A DNA stretch of 51,806 bases from an uncultured Pseudomonadota bacterium (GTDB lineage Bacteria; Pseudomonadota; Gammaproteobacteria; Steroidobacterales; Steroidobacteraceae). Below the pieces are notes generated by a model. The model saw only the letters and a list, made by a program, of their open reading frames with translations. It was not told the DNA's origin and made no database searches. Shown piece after piece: positions 1 through 10,133 of this stretch. Position numbers and translations under genes: made by a program. The DNA is taken from assembly GCA_903908825.1 (NCBI GenBank), contig CAIVTJ010000045.1:1-51806 (forward strand). Reading direction: 5' to 3'. Positions within the stretch are counted from its first letter, which is position 1, and every line of letters begins with the position of its first letter.

Positions 1-250
1 CCCACAGCACCTGCTCGCCACCGTCTGCACGGCTGGCAAAGCGCACCGGCAATTGCGCGGCCAACGCGGCGTGGCCGGATACATCGTCAGTTGCCAGCCC
101 TTGCCGCTGGCCCGCCCAAGCCACAACCCGGTAGAGCGCACCACTGTCGAGCAGATGCCAGCCCAGCGCCGTCGCCACCCGCCGGCTGACCGTCCCCTTG
201 CCGGAGCCACCAGGGCCGTCGATGGCCAGCACGGGCACAGTGGGGCTCAT
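1..250 (-). CDS. cmk: Cytidylate kinase, N-terminal part (gene runs off the window start)
   Basis: Reverse-strand translation from ATG 250-248 gives MSPTVPVLAIDGPGGSGKGTVSRRVATALGWHLLDSGALYR, with a Cmk-type P-loop. ATGA overlap with the aroA stop at 247-249. aroA-cmk synteny is common. Absent from the ORF track because it is truncated. Confidence 0.8.
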   Translation of the reverse strand, partial: MSPTVPVLAIDGPGGSGKGTVSRRVATALGWHLLDSGALYRVVAWAGQRQGLATDDVSGHAALAAQLPVRFASRADGGEQVLW

Positions 251-1551
251 GCGCTGCGCACGTTCAATCCGGCAGCCGCAGCCACCTGCAGGAAGTCGGG
301 AAAAGAAGTGGCGACGTTTTCGACATCGTCGATCACGATCTCGCCGTCACTGAACAGGCTGGCCACCGCAAAGGCCATGGCGATGCGGTGGTCACCGTGA
401 CTGTCGATATGGCCGGCAGCAAACCGTTGGCCGCCTTGAATGCGGATGCCATCGGGCAGCAGTTCATTGACGATGCCCAGCCGCGTCAGCCCCTCGGCCA
501 TCACCGCCAAGCGATCACTTTCTTTGACGCGCAGCTCTTCGGCCCCGGTGACCAGCGTCTCGCCGCGCGCGCACGCCGCAGCGATGAACAGCACCGGAAA
601 CTCATCAATGGCCAGCGGCACCAGCGCCTCGGGCACATGGATGCCCTGCAACTGCGACGCGCGCACAGCAATATCGGCCGTGGGTTCAGCGCCCGCGCCG
701 GAGCGCTCGTGCACGCGCACGTCGGCACCCATCAGACGCAGGATGTCGAGCAAACCCGTGCGCGTGGGGTTAATGCCGACATTCTCGATGACAAATTCGC
801 TGCCGCCTGCCAAAGCCCCGGCCACCAGGAAAAAGGCGGCTGACGAAAAATCGCCCGGAACATTGACCGGCGCCGCCGTGAGCTTTTGCCCGCCGGCCAG
901 CCACACGCTGCCCTGATCGCGACCGATCCGCACGCCGAAATCCTGAAACATGCGCTCGGTGTGATCACGTGTCGGCGCGGGCTCGCTGACACGCGTCGTG
1001 CCCTCTGCATACAGACCCGCCAACAAAATGGCCGATTTAACCTGAGCGCTGGCCATGGGCAGCGCATAGTCGATGCCCTGCAATCGCGTCCCGGGCGTGA
1101 TGCGTACCGGCGGCTTGCCATCGGCTGTCTCGATCTGTGCGCCCATCAGACGCAGCGGCTTAGCCACCCGCTCCATCGGACGGCGGCGCAGCGACTCATC
1201 GCCGGTCAGCGTGCTGGCAAAGCCTTGGCCACTGAGCAGACCCATAAACAAGCGTATGGCGGTCCCGGCATTACCCATATCTAGAGCTTGCCCGGGCGCC
1301 GACAGGCCGCGCTCGCCGACGCCATGCACCCGCAGTTGCGTAGCCGAGAGCTGCTCGACCTGCACGCCCATCAACTGCTGGGCGCGCAGCGTGGCCAGGC
1401 AATCGGCGCTGGCCAGAAAACCCTGCACCTCAGTCACGCCGCTAGCGATGCCACCGAGCATCACGGATCGATGCGAGATGGACTTATCGCCGGGAACCCG
1501 GATGCTGCCGTTGACCCGGCTGACCGGTGCGGCGATGAATCGCTGTGTCAT
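247..1551 (-). CDS. aroA: 3-phosphoshikimate 1-carboxyvinyltransferase (EPSP synthase)
   Basis: 434-aa ORF. N-terminus ...GSIRVPGDKSISHRSVMLGGIA... and LGNAGTAIRL are classic EPSPS motifs. Lies in an aromatic amino-acid gene cluster. Confidence 0.95.
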   Translation of the reverse strand: MTQRFIAAPVSRVNGSIRVPGDKSISHRSVMLGGIASGVTEVQGFLASADCLATLRAQQLMGVQVEQLSATQLRVHGVGERGLSAPGQALDMGNAGTAIRLFMGLLSGQGFASTLTGDESLRRRPMERVAKPLRLMGAQIETADGKPPVRITPGTRLQGIDYALPMASAQVKSAILLAGLYAEGTTRVSEPAPTRDHTERMFQDFGVRIGRDQGSVWLAGGQKLTAAPVNVPGDFSSAAFFLVAGALAGGSEFVIENVGINPTRTGLLDILRLMGADVRVHERSGAGAEPTADIAVRASQLQGIHVPEALVPLAIDEFPVLFIAAACARGETLVTGAEELRVKESDRLAVMAEGLTRLGIVNELLPDGIRIQGGQRFAAGHIDSHGDHRIAMAFAVASLFSDGEIVIDDVENVATSFPDFLQVAAAAGLNVRSA

Positions 1552-1578
1552 GTGTTATCTCTTCCGGCCGGACACGGG

Positions 1579-2724
1579 TCAGGCCAAGCACTGGCGCAAA
1601 GCGTCTATCAGGCGCTGATTTTGTCCTGCGGTACCGATGGTGATGCGTACACAGCGCGGCAAGCCATAGCCACCGACCGGGCGCACGATGACGCCATGAC
1701 GCAATAAACCCTCATAGACCTGCTGGCCGCTCAAGCCGCCTGCACTGACATCCGCCAGCACAAAGTTGCCGGCCGAAGGAAACAGCCGCACGCCCAGCGC
1801 CGGCAAAGCCTCTTGGAACTGCGCCAGGCCGGCTTCCACCAGCGCCACGGCGCGCGCGGCCTGCTGCGCATCGTTCAAGGCCGCGGCAGCAGCCGCCAAC
1901 GCCGGGATGGTTACATTGAACGGCGCCCGGACCCGGTTGAGGATGTTGGCCACCTCCGGGTGCGACAACGCATAGCCGACACGCAAACCCGCCAGCGCGT
2001 GCGCTTTGGAGAAAGTGCGCAGCACCACAAGGTTAGGGTGCCGGCTCAGCAATGTGCTGCCATCGGTGCAACCCATGCGCTGCGCATATTCGAAATACGC
2101 CTCGTCCAGCACGACCAGCGTGGTGTCCGGCACCGCATCCAGAAAGCGACGCAGCGCCGCGTCATCGACCCAACTACCGGTGGGGTTATTGGGATTAGCA
2201 ATGAACACCAGCCGCGTTTCGGCATCGATAGCGGCCAACATGGCCTGCAGGTCATGGCCGTTGGGCATGGCCGAATCGACCGGCAGCGCTGCAGTGATCT
2301 TGGCCGCAGCACCTGTGGCCTGCACCACCAGTCCATAGATGGCAAAGGCATATTGCGAGATGACTGCGTTGCGGCTGCCATCGAGAAAGGCTTCGGCCAA
2401 CAGGACGAGTAGATCGTTAGAACCATTACCCAGCGTGATCTGCGCGGCAGACACCCCGTGATGACGCGCCAAGGCCTCCTTGAGGTCAAAGCCGTTGCCA
2501 TCCGGATAGAGCAAGGTATCGGCCAGCGACGCTTGTGCCGCCGCCAGAGCCAGCGGGCTGGGACCCAACGGGTTTTCGTTGGAGGCCAGCTTGATGATTT
2601 CGGTCACCCCCAGTTCGCGGGTGAGTTCGCTGATGGGCTTGCCTATAACGTAGGGCGAGATGCCCTGCACGGCCGGCACAGCCAGCGAGCCAGGGCCAGC
2701 CCCAGTCGACATGTCGCGCCCCAT
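1579..2724 (-). CDS. hisC: Histidinol-phosphate / aromatic-amino-acid aminotransferase (class II PLP)
   Basis: 381-aa ORF with KLASNENPLGPSP, NPNNPTG and the PLP-lysine motif RTFSKAHALAGLRVGY. Its start overlaps the pheA stop (TAATG). An alternative ATG at 2712 is possible. Confidence 0.9.
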   Translation of the reverse strand: MGRDMSTGAGPGSLAVPAVQGISPYVIGKPISELTRELGVTEIIKLASNENPLGPSPLALAAAQASLADTLLYPDGNGFDLKEALARHHGVSAAQITLGNGSNDLLVLLAEAFLDGSRNAVISQYAFAIYGLVVQATGAAAKITAALPVDSAMPNGHDLQAMLAAIDAETRLVFIANPNNPTGSWVDDAALRRFLDAVPDTTLVVLDEAYFEYAQRMGCTDGSTLLSRHPNLVVLRTFSKAHALAGLRVGYALSHPEVANILNRVRAPFNVTIPALAAAAAALNDAQQAARAVALVEAGLAQFQEALPALGVRLFPSAGNFVLADVSAGGLSGQQVYEGLLRHGVIVRPVGGYGLPRCVRITIGTAGQNQRLIDALRQCLA

Positions 2725-3851
2725 TAGAGTATGGCTCTCGGGTAAGAGCCGACGATGCGGAACAAGGCGGCCCGTTCACGCAGGCCGTCTAAGGCTGCCG
2801 CCACACCGGCGTCTTCGGCGTGACCGACCAGATCGATGAAGAACACGTAGTGCCACTTGCGCTTGCGCGAGGGCCGCGACTCGATACGCGTCATGCTGAC
2901 GCCATGCACGGCCAGAGGCTCCAGTAAACGCAGCAGCGCGCCTGCACCCTCATCAGCCGGCGACACCATGATGGTCGTGCGGTCATCGCCACTGGGACGC
3001 AGCAACTGCCTGCCGAGAACCAGAAAGCGCGTGGTGTTGTCGGCACTGTCTTCGATACGCGGCGCCAGGATGCCCAAACCATAAATCTCGGCAGCGGTCT
3101 CGCCGGCAATAGCAGCCGTGCCCTGCTCATCACGCGCGCGACGCGCCCCTTCTGCGTTGCTGCTGACGGCAATACGCTCGACCTCGGGCAGGTGTTCATC
3201 CAGCCAGCCACGACATTGACCCAGCGCCTGCGCATGGGCGCAGATGCGTTGCACCTTGGCCAAGTCCTGCATGCGCCCGATCAGAAAATGATGGATGCGC
3301 AATTCCACCTCACCGCAGATGTGCAGCGAGGTATGCAAAAACCGGTCGAGCGTGTTGTTAACCGTGCCTTCGGTGGAGTTCTCGATGGGCACAACGCCAA
3401 AGTCAGCCGTTCCGGCCTGCACCTCGACAAACACGTCGTCTATGGCAGGCAGCGGCAAGGCACGCACCGAATGTCCGAAATGCTTGAGCACGGCGGCTTG
3501 CGTGAAGGTGCCCTCGGGTCCCAGAAACGCAATCTTCAGCGGTTGTTCCTGAGCCAGACAGGCAGACATGATCTCGCGGAACAGACGCAGGATTTCATCG
3601 TCACGCAAGGGCCCGTGATTGCGCTCAAGCGCCATGCGCAGCACCTGCGCCTCACGCTCGGGCCGGTAAAAATCTACGGTGTGGCCGTCTTTGTGTTTGG
3701 ACAGGCCAACCTGTTGCGCCAACCGTGCACGGTCGTTGATGAGCTGATGGATCTGTGCATCGACCGCATCAATCTGTTGGCGTATGCCCTGCAGCAGCGG
3801 CTCTTTGCCACCGGGCGCTGGCGGATCGGAAGGTGGGTTGGTCGCGGCCAT
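2724..3851 (-). CDS. pheA: Bifunctional chorismate mutase / prephenate dehydratase (P-protein)
   Basis: 375 aa. N-terminal chorismate-mutase helix region (IRQQIDAVDAQIHQLINDRARLAQQV), a prephenate dehydratase core (KIAFLGPEGTFTQ...PIENSTEGTV) and a C-terminal ACT domain with ESRPS. Confidence 0.93.
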   Translation of the reverse strand: MAATNPPSDPPAPGGKEPLLQGIRQQIDAVDAQIHQLINDRARLAQQVGLSKHKDGHTVDFYRPEREAQVLRMALERNHGPLRDDEILRLFREIMSACLAQEQPLKIAFLGPEGTFTQAAVLKHFGHSVRALPLPAIDDVFVEVQAGTADFGVVPIENSTEGTVNNTLDRFLHTSLHICGEVELRIHHFLIGRMQDLAKVQRICAHAQALGQCRGWLDEHLPEVERIAVSSNAEGARRARDEQGTAAIAGETAAEIYGLGILAPRIEDSADNTTRFLVLGRQLLRPSGDDRTTIMVSPADEGAGALLRLLEPLAVHGVSMTRIESRPSRKRKWHYVFFIDLVGHAEDAGVAAALDGLRERAALFRIVGSYPRAIL

Positions 3852-3867
3852 GAGGGTAGTGCTCCGC

Positions 3868-6459
3868 CTAAGCGGAAGGCACTTGTCCTTCTGCGCTGAC
3901 CACCGCTGCAGCGTCGGCGAGTGGCTCTTCGATGAGCTGCTCCACGCGCACCACGCCGACCAGCCGCTCGCCCTGCAGCTTGATCAGCCGCACACCCTGG
4001 GTGTTGCGGCCTAGCACCGAGATGGTGTTGACCGGCGTGCGCACCAGTGTGCCGTTGGAGCTGATGAGCATCAGTTCGTGCTCCGGCCCGACTTGCAGCG
4101 CAGAGACTAACGGACCGTTGCGGCCACTGGTCTGCAAGGCGATGACGCCCTGCCCGCCACGACCGTGGGTCGGGAACTCGCCCAACTCGGTGAGTTTGCC
4201 GTAACCGTTTTCGGAGGCCGTCAGCACCAGACCCTGATCGACCACGATGAGTGCGATCAGTTGCTCGCCCTCGGGAAGACGGATGCCGCGCACACCGGTG
4301 GAATTGCGGCCCGTATCGCTGACCTCGGTCTCACTGAACCGGATAGCCTTGCCGCCGCTGCTGAGCAACATGATGTCGCGCTGCCCATCGGTCAGAGCCA
4401 CATCGACCAAGCTGTCGTCTTCACGCAGATCGACCGCGATGATGCCGCTGGTGCGCCGGTTGGAGAACGCCGTCAGCGAAGTCTTTTTGACTGTGCCGTG
4501 GCGCGTGGCCATGAACACAAACTGGTCTTCGGCATAAGCCTTGATGGGCAACACGGCCGTGATCTTCTCGCCATCCTGCAAGGCCAGCAGATTGACGATG
4601 GGCTTGCCGCGCGAATTCGAACCCGCCTGCGGCAGCTTGTAGACGTCCAGCCAATAGACCTGGCCGCGCGTTGAGAAACACAACAAGGTGTCATGACTGT
4701 GCGCGACGAACAGCTTCTCGATGAAGTCTTCGTCTTTGATGGCCGCTGCCGCACGGCCCACGCCACCGCGGCCCTGTGCGCGATAGTCGGACACCGGCTG
4801 CGCCTTGGCATAGCCGCTGTGAGACAAGGTGACCACCATGTCCTGCGGATCGATGAGGTCTTTGTCGGTGACATCGAGCTGGTTGACCTCGATGGTGGTG
4901 CGGCGCGCATCACCGAACTGTTCGAGGATTTCCAGCAAGCCGGCGCGTACTTCCTGCGTCAGTCGCTCGGGCCGCGCCAGGATGTCGCACAGGTCGGCGA
5001 TAACCGACAGCAACTGCTGATACTCGGCGATGATCTTGTCTTGCTCGAGCCCGGTGAGCCGGTTGAGGCGCATCTCGAGGATGGCCTGCGCCTGCGCCTC
5101 ACTGAGCCGATAACCCTGGGCTTGCAGCCCGTACTCCGCGACCAGCCCAGCAGGCCGGGTGTCGACCGCACCGGCACGCTCGAGCATGGCCGGAACAGCG
5201 CCGGCCGGCCACACGCGCGCCAACAAGGCCACACGCGCCTCCTGCGGCGAAGGCGAGGCTTTGATGAGGGCAATGACTTCGTCGATGTTGGCCAGCGCCA
5301 CCGCCAGACCTTCGAGCAGGTGGGCCCGTTCGCGTGCCTTGCGCAACTCATAAATAGTGCGTCGGGTGATGACTTCGCGGCGGTGACGCAGGAAGGCATC
5401 GAGCATCTCGCGCAGCGACATCAGTCGCGGCTGGCCATCTTGCAAGGCCACCATGTTGATGCCGAACACAGTCTCTAGCGGCGTCTGCGTATAAAGGTTG
5501 TTGAGCACGATCTCGGCGTTCTCACCGCGCTTGAGCTCGATGACGATGCGCATGCCGTCTTTGTCGGACTCATCACGCAGACCATCTGAGGCGATACCCT
5601 CGATGTTCTTGCCGCGCACCAGGTCGGCGATACGCTCGATGAGCCGCGCCTTGTTAACCTGGTAAGGCAGTTCGGTGATGATGATGGCTTGGCGCTTGCC
5701 GCCTTCCATATCTTCGATGGTGCAACGGCCGCGGATAGACAGGCGCCCGCGACCGGTGCGATAGGCCGCGACGATTTCCTGAGCACCGTTGATGATGCCG
5801 GCGGTCGGAAAATCGGGACCCGGCACATGCTGCATGAGTCCGGCCAGCGTGATGGCCGGATCGTCGATGACGGCCAGCAACGCGTTGATGATCTCGGTCA
5901 GGTTGTGCGGCGGTATGTTGGTGGCCATACCGACGGCAATGCCGGAAGCACCATTGACCAGCAGATTAGGCACGCGCGCCGGCAGCACTGCCGGCTCTTG
6001 TTCGGACTCGTCATAGTTGGGGACGAAGTCCACGGTCTCTTTGTCGATGTCGGCCAGCAGCTCTTGCGCCAGGCGCGACATGCGCACTTCCGTGTAACGC
6101 ATGGCCGCAGGCATGTCGCCGTCTACAGAGCCGAAATTGCCCTGACCGTCGACCAGCATGTAGCGCATGGAAAACGGCTGCGCCATACGTACGATGGCGT
6201 CATAGACCGCCGAATCGCCGTGCGGATGGTATTTGCCGATGACATCACCGACCACACGCGCGGACTTTTTATAGGGTTTGTTGTAGTCGTTGCCCAGTTC
6301 GCGCATGGCGAACAGCACGCGCCGGTGCACGGGCTTGAGCCCGTCACGCACATCTGGCAAGGCACGGCCGACGATGACGCTCATGGCGTAATCGAGATAG
6401 GACTGCCGCATCTCGTCTTCGAGGTTGACCGGCAGAATTTCGCGGGCGATTTCCGTCAT
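3868..6459 (-). CDS. gyrA: DNA gyrase subunit A
   Basis: 863 aa. Contains [16 protein letters not shown], the QRDR segment [10 protein letters not shown], the AAMRYTE active-site Tyr motif and C-terminal beta-pinwheel repeats. Confidence 0.98.
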   Translation of the reverse strand: MTEIAREILPVNLEDEMRQSYLDYAMSVIVGRALPDVRDGLKPVHRRVLFAMRELGNDYNKPYKKSARVVGDVIGKYHPHGDSAVYDAIVRMAQPFSMRYMLVDGQGNFGSVDGDMPAAMRYTEVRMSRLAQELLADIDKETVDFVPNYDESEQEPAVLPARVPNLLVNGASGIAVGMATNIPPHNLTEIINALLAVIDDPAITLAGLMQHVPGPDFPTAGIINGAQEIVAAYRTGRGRLSIRGRCTIEDMEGGKRQAIIITELPYQVNKARLIERIADLVRGKNIEGIASDGLRDESDKDGMRIVIELKRGENAEIVLNNLYTQTPLETVFGINMVALQDGQPRLMSLREMLDAFLRHRREVITRRTIYELRKARERAHLLEGLAVALANIDEVIALIKASPSPQEARVALLARVWPAGAVPAMLERAGAVDTRPAGLVAEYGLQAQGYRLSEAQAQAILEMRLNRLTGLEQDKIIAEYQQLLSVIADLCDILARPERLTQEVRAGLLEILEQFGDARRTTIEVNQLDVTDKDLIDPQDMVVTLSHSGYAKAQPVSDYRAQGRGGVGRAAAAIKDEDFIEKLFVAHSHDTLLCFSTRGQVYWLDVYKLPQAGSNSRGKPIVNLLALQDGEKITAVLPIKAYAEDQFVFMATRHGTVKKTSLTAFSNRRTSGIIAVDLREDDSLVDVALTDGQRDIMLLSSGGKAIRFSETEVSDTGRNSTGVRGIRLPEGEQLIALIVVDQGLVLTASENGYGKLTELGEFPTHGRGGQGVIALQTSGRNGPLVSALQVGPEHELMLISSNGTLVRTPVNTISVLGRNTQGVRLIKLQGERLVGVVRVEQLIEEPLADAAAVVSAEGQVPSA

Positions 6460-6528
6460 TGAGCTACAGGCCTGTTAATTGCGGAATGGTAACACAAGCC
6501 ACTCTATAGACCCTATCCGGGCAACTGC

Positions 6529-7281
6529 ATGTCACCGCCTGCTCAGGCTATACTTGGCGCCGTGAATACGCCCCGCCACGGCAGCTTTGATCCTGCCGAA
6601 ATCGCCAAGTTTGACGCCCTCGCGGCGCGCTTCTGGGACGAGTCCGCCGATTTCAAGCCGCTACACCGCCTCAACCCGGTGCGCACCGCTTACATTCAAG
6701 CCCGCACGCCGCTCGCCGGCCGCCGCGTGCTCGACGTCGGCTGCGGCGGCGGACTGCTGGCCGAGGCGCTGTGCCGACACGGTGCACAGGTCACCGCGGT
6801 CGACCGCGCTGCCGGCATGATCGAAGTCGCCCGCCTGCATGCCGCCGAATCCGGTCTGGCCATCGATTACCGTTGTGGCGACGCCGAACAGTTGTTGGCC
6901 GATTCGCTGCATTCGTTCGATGTGGTCTGCTGCATGGAAATGCTCGAGCACGTACCCGATCCGGCCGCCATGCTGGCCACGCTGGCGCAGTGGGTCAAAC
7001 CCGGCGGCGAGCTGTTTGTATCCACCCTCAACCGCAATGCCAAGGCCTTTGCGCTGGCTATCGTCGGTGCCGAATATGTGCTGCGCCTGCTGCCGCGCGG
7101 TACGCATGAATACGCCCGCTTCATCAAACCCTCAGAGCTGGCGCGTTGGGCACGTGATGCGCAACTGCAAGTCAGTGACATGGCCGGCATCGCGTACGAC
7201 CCGCTAGCCGATCGCGCGCGCCTGACTGACGATGTGTCGGTCAACTACCTCGTGCACCTGCACGCAGCCGATTCCCCATGA
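6529..7281 (+). CDS. ubiG: Ubiquinone biosynthesis O-methyltransferase
   Basis: Contains EIAKFDALAARFWD, the SAM motif VLDVGCGGGLLAE and MEMLEHVPDP. Divergent from gyrA. The start is uncertain; an in-frame GTG at 6562 is also possible. Confidence 0.9.
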   Translation: MSPPAQAILGAVNTPRHGSFDPAEIAKFDALAARFWDESADFKPLHRLNPVRTAYIQARTPLAGRRVLDVGCGGGLLAEALCRHGAQVTAVDRAAGMIEVARLHAAESGLAIDYRCGDAEQLLADSLHSFDVVCCMEMLEHVPDPAAMLATLAQWVKPGGELFVSTLNRNAKAFALAIVGAEYVLRLLPRGTHEYARFIKPSELARWARDAQLQVSDMAGIAYDPLADRARLTDDVSVNYLVHLHAADSP

Positions 7282-7943
7282 CTAGCAACGCCATCAGCGC
7301 TGTGTTGTTTGACTTGGATGGCACACTGGTCGATACGGCGCCCGACATGGTCGCCGCCCTCAACACCCTGCGTACCGAAGAGGGCCTCGAAGACCTGCCC
7401 TATGCGCTGGCCCGCGCGCAGGTCTCGCATGGCTCCAGCGGCCTGGTCAGCCTCGCCTTCCCGGCGGCTTCAGGTCCCAGCTTCGAGGCCCTGCGGGCCC
7501 GCTTCCTGTCTTTGTACAGCGAGCGTTTGGCGGTGGACACCCAACTGTTTGCCGGTTGCGAGCAAGTGCTGACCACGCTCGAACAACAAGGGCTGCCTTG
7601 GGGCATCGTCACCAACAAGCCGGGCTTTCTGGCCGCGCCCCTGCTGCGTGCGCTGCAACTGACTGACCGCGCCGGTTGCATCGTGGCCGGCGATACCTTG
7701 CCGCAGCGCAAACCTCATCCCGCTCCTCTACTGCATGCCGCAGAGTTGCTGGGCGTGGCGGCGCCGCACTGCCTTTATGTGGGCGATGCCGAGCGTGACG
7801 TGCAATCGGCCCGCAGTGCAGGCATGACCGTGCTGGTGGCCGCTTATGGTTATCTGGACGATGAGGACGACACACTCGCCTGGCAGCCTGATGGCCATGT
7901 CGCCACGCCGCTGGACATCCTCACTTGGCTGCATAGGGCCTAA
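7278..7943 (+). CDS. HAD-superfamily phosphatase (phosphoglycolate phosphatase / MupP-like)
   Basis: HAD motif I at VLFDLDGTLVDT, motif II at IVTNK, and a late YVGDAERD motif. ATGA overlap with the ubiG stop. The ubiG-HAD-SDR arrangement is conserved in gammaproteobacteria. Confidence 0.8.
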   Translation: MTSNAISAVLFDLDGTLVDTAPDMVAALNTLRTEEGLEDLPYALARAQVSHGSSGLVSLAFPAASGPSFEALRARFLSLYSERLAVDTQLFAGCEQVLTTLEQQGLPWGIVTNKPGFLAAPLLRALQLTDRAGCIVAGDTLPQRKPHPAPLLHAAELLGVAAPHCLYVGDAERDVQSARSAGMTVLVAAYGYLDDEDDTLAWQPDGHVATPLDILTWLHRA

Positions 7944-7946
7944 GCC

Positions 7947-8696
7947 ATGCCAGATCCGCGCTTCATCCCTCCCGTCGCAGGCCTGCTGCAAGGCCGCGTC
8001 ATAGCGGTCACCGGCGCCAGCGACGGCATCGGCCGTGCGGTCGCCATCGCCGCGGCGCAGCACGGCGCACAAGTCATCCTGATCGGCCGCTCGGCCCGCA
8101 AACTCGAAGCAGTCCGCAACGCCATCGTCGCTGACCACGGTGAAGTGGCCACCATTGCCGTACTCGACCTCGAAAAAGCCTTGGCCGGCGATTACGACCG
8201 CTTGGCCGCGGCCGTGCTCGAACACTACGGACGCTTAGACGGGCTGGTGCACTGCGCGGCCATACTCGGTGCGCTGACGCCCATCGAGCAATATGACGTG
8301 CCGCAGTGGTGTCGCGTGTTGCATATCAACGTGACGGCCGCCTTTGTCCTGACGCAGGTGCTGCTGCCGGCGCTGCGTCTGTCAGCTGATGCTTCAGTCA
8401 TCTTCACCAGCAGCGGTGTCGGCCGCCAAGGGCGCGCCTACTGGGGCGCTTATGCGGTGTCCAAGTTTGCGGTCGAAGGTCTGAGTCAGGTCTTGGCCGC
8501 CGAGATGTCGGGCAACACCACAGTGCGCGTCAATGTGCTCAACCCGGGCCCGGTGCGCACGCTGATGCGCCGGCAGGCGTTTCCATCCGAGGATGCTGAC
8601 GCGCTGACCACACCGCAGGTGGTGGCCGAACAGTATCTGTGGCTGCTGGGCCCCCAAACCCGCGACCTCACCGGTCAGTCAATCGACTGCCAATAA
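7947..8696 (+). CDS. yciK: SDR-family oxidoreductase, YciK-like
   Basis: 249 aa with LLQGRVIAVTGASDGIGRA (Rossmann TGxxxGIG) and the catalytic YAVSK motif. Starts 3 nt after the upstream gene. Confidence 0.8.
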   Translation: MPDPRFIPPVAGLLQGRVIAVTGASDGIGRAVAIAAAQHGAQVILIGRSARKLEAVRNAIVADHGEVATIAVLDLEKALAGDYDRLAAAVLEHYGRLDGLVHCAAILGALTPIEQYDVPQWCRVLHINVTAAFVLTQVLLPALRLSADASVIFTSSGVGRQGRAYWGAYAVSKFAVEGLSQVLAAEMSGNTTVRVNVLNPGPVRTLMRRQAFPSEDADALTTPQVVAEQYLWLLGPQTRDLTGQSIDCQ

Positions 8697-8697
8697 G

Positions 8698-9420
8698 CTA
8701 GTCGGCCACTTCATCGCCGGCAGGCACAGCGACAGCCTGCTCAGCCAGCAACTGCTGCAACTCTTCGCTCTCTAACGGGCGCACTTGGCCGCGTGGCAAA
8801 TCACGGTCCAGATGCAGCGACCCGAATTGCACGCGCAAGATGCGACTGACCACTGCACCTTGCCGCTCGAACAGCGCCCGCAGGTCGCGCCCGTTCGCAC
8901 CGATGGCTTGCACCTGATACCAGCGGTTAGCCGCTTCGCCGCCGGACGGCTCGCAGCTGAGCAAGTGCAGCCGCTCACCGCTATCGAGCTCACCAGCCAT
9001 CGCACCCTCAAGCTGCGAGGATTCCAGTTCGCCGCGCAGACGCAAGCTGAAGCCCATCTCCAGTCCGCGCACGCGCCGCTGCAAGGCGGCCGCCAACACA
9101 CCATCCGAGGTCATGATCTCTAAACCGCCATCAATACGCGGCATGGGGCTGACTGCGATGTAGCGCTTGCCGCTGCGCGTCGGCAGGCGGTCAATTAAGG
9201 CCTGGCGCTCTTCGCCCTCGCGCGGCTCAACCAGACCTTCACCGGGTGAGCGGTGGCACAGGAAGGAGGCACTGCGCACCGTGGAGGCCTGACGCACCAG
9301 CCGGCCGTCGAGCTTGACCTGATCGTTACCCGCCGCACGCGTGCCCAGCGTGGCCACGTCGCCATTGATGGTGACCCGGCCTTGGCGTATCCAGTCCTCT
9401 GCTTCCCGGCGCGATCCCAA
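8698..9420 (-). CDS. rluB: RluB-family (RsuA/RluB) pseudouridine synthase homologue; true start probably upstream (see finding)
   Basis: S4-domain segment LGSRREAEDWIRQGRVTINGD and C-terminal motifs NRWYQVQA...GRDLRALFERQG..VSRILRVQFG. Conserved scpA-scpB-rluB synteny. Coordinates follow the TTG of the ORF track, but in-frame homology continues up to about 9501. Confidence 0.7.
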   Translation of the reverse strand: MGSRREAEDWIRQGRVTINGDVATLGTRAAGNDQVKLDGRLVRQASTVRSASFLCHRSPGEGLVEPREGEERQALIDRLPTRSGKRYIAVSPMPRIDGGLEIMTSDGVLAAALQRRVRGLEMGFSLRLRGELESSQLEGAMAGELDSGERLHLLSCEPSGGEAANRWYQVQAIGANGRDLRALFERQGAVVSRILRVQFGSLHLDRDLPRGQVRPLESEELQQLLAEQAVAVPAGDEVAD

Positions 9421-9497
9421 GCCTGCCCGCGCGAGGATTTTCTGGACACGCTCGGGCTCTGGCGCAACAGGCGCAACACGCAGGTTCGGGGGCTTTT

Positions 9498-10133
9498 TCA
9501 GGTGATGTCTTCCGTCAAAGTGTCAGGCATGGGTAAGGCAGGTACAGGCAGATCGACCGCTTCAGCTTGGCCCAGCGGATTAGGCAGCGACAATTGCGGG
9601 TCGAGTTCGCTCAAGGCTTTGATGTCCGGCAGGCTGGGCAATTGATCGAGGCTGCGCAGGCCGAAATAGTCTAGAAAGTCCCGCGTCGTACCCAGCAATT
9701 CGGGATGACCCGGCAGGTCGCGATGGCCCACCACGCGTATCCAACTGCGCTCTAGCAGCGTTTTGATGATGTTCGGGTTGACGGCCACGCCGCGCACCGC
9801 CTCGATTTCGGCGCGGGTGACCGGTTGCCGGTAAGCGATCAGCGCCAGCGTCTCGAGCAAAGCGCGCGAATATTTAGCCGGACGTTCGGGCCACAGGCGC
9901 GAGACCTCGGCCGCCAATTCACGGCGCACTTGGATGCGAAAACCGGCGGCGGTTTCCCGCAGTTCGATACCGCGTCCGGCGTATTCCTCGGTCAGTGCGG
10001 CCAAGGTGCTGCGCAGCTCATCGGGCGTGGGTCGCGACAGCGCATCAAACACCTGCAACAACTCGTGCACCGTCACGCTGCGGCCTGCAGCCAGCAGTGC
10101 CGCCTCAACCAGATTACGGGAATGTTCACTCAT
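9498..10133 (-). CDS. scpB: Segregation and condensation protein B
   Basis: 211 aa containing AYRQPVTRAEIEAVRGVAVNPNIIKTLLERSWI, typical of ScpB winged-helix repeats. Lies directly downstream of scpA. Confidence 0.9.
   Translation of the reverse strand: MSEHSRNLVEAALLAAGRSVTVHELLQVFDALSRPTPDELRSTLAALTEEYAGRGIELRETAAGFRIQVRRELAAEVSRLWPERPAKYSRALLETLALIAYRQPVTRAEIEAVRGVAVNPNIIKTLLERSWIRVVGHRDLPGHPELLGTTRDFLDYFGLRSLDQLPSLPDIKALSELDPQLSLPNPLGQAEAVDLPVPALPMPDTLTEDIT

Noticed and set aside
247-3851. Absence of tyrA and serC from the gyrA-(serC)-pheA-hisC-(tyrA)-aroA-cmk cluster as a possible anomaly.
   Set aside because: The composition of this cluster varies widely among proteobacteria, and the genes may simply lie elsewhere in the genome. 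This cannot be judged from one window.
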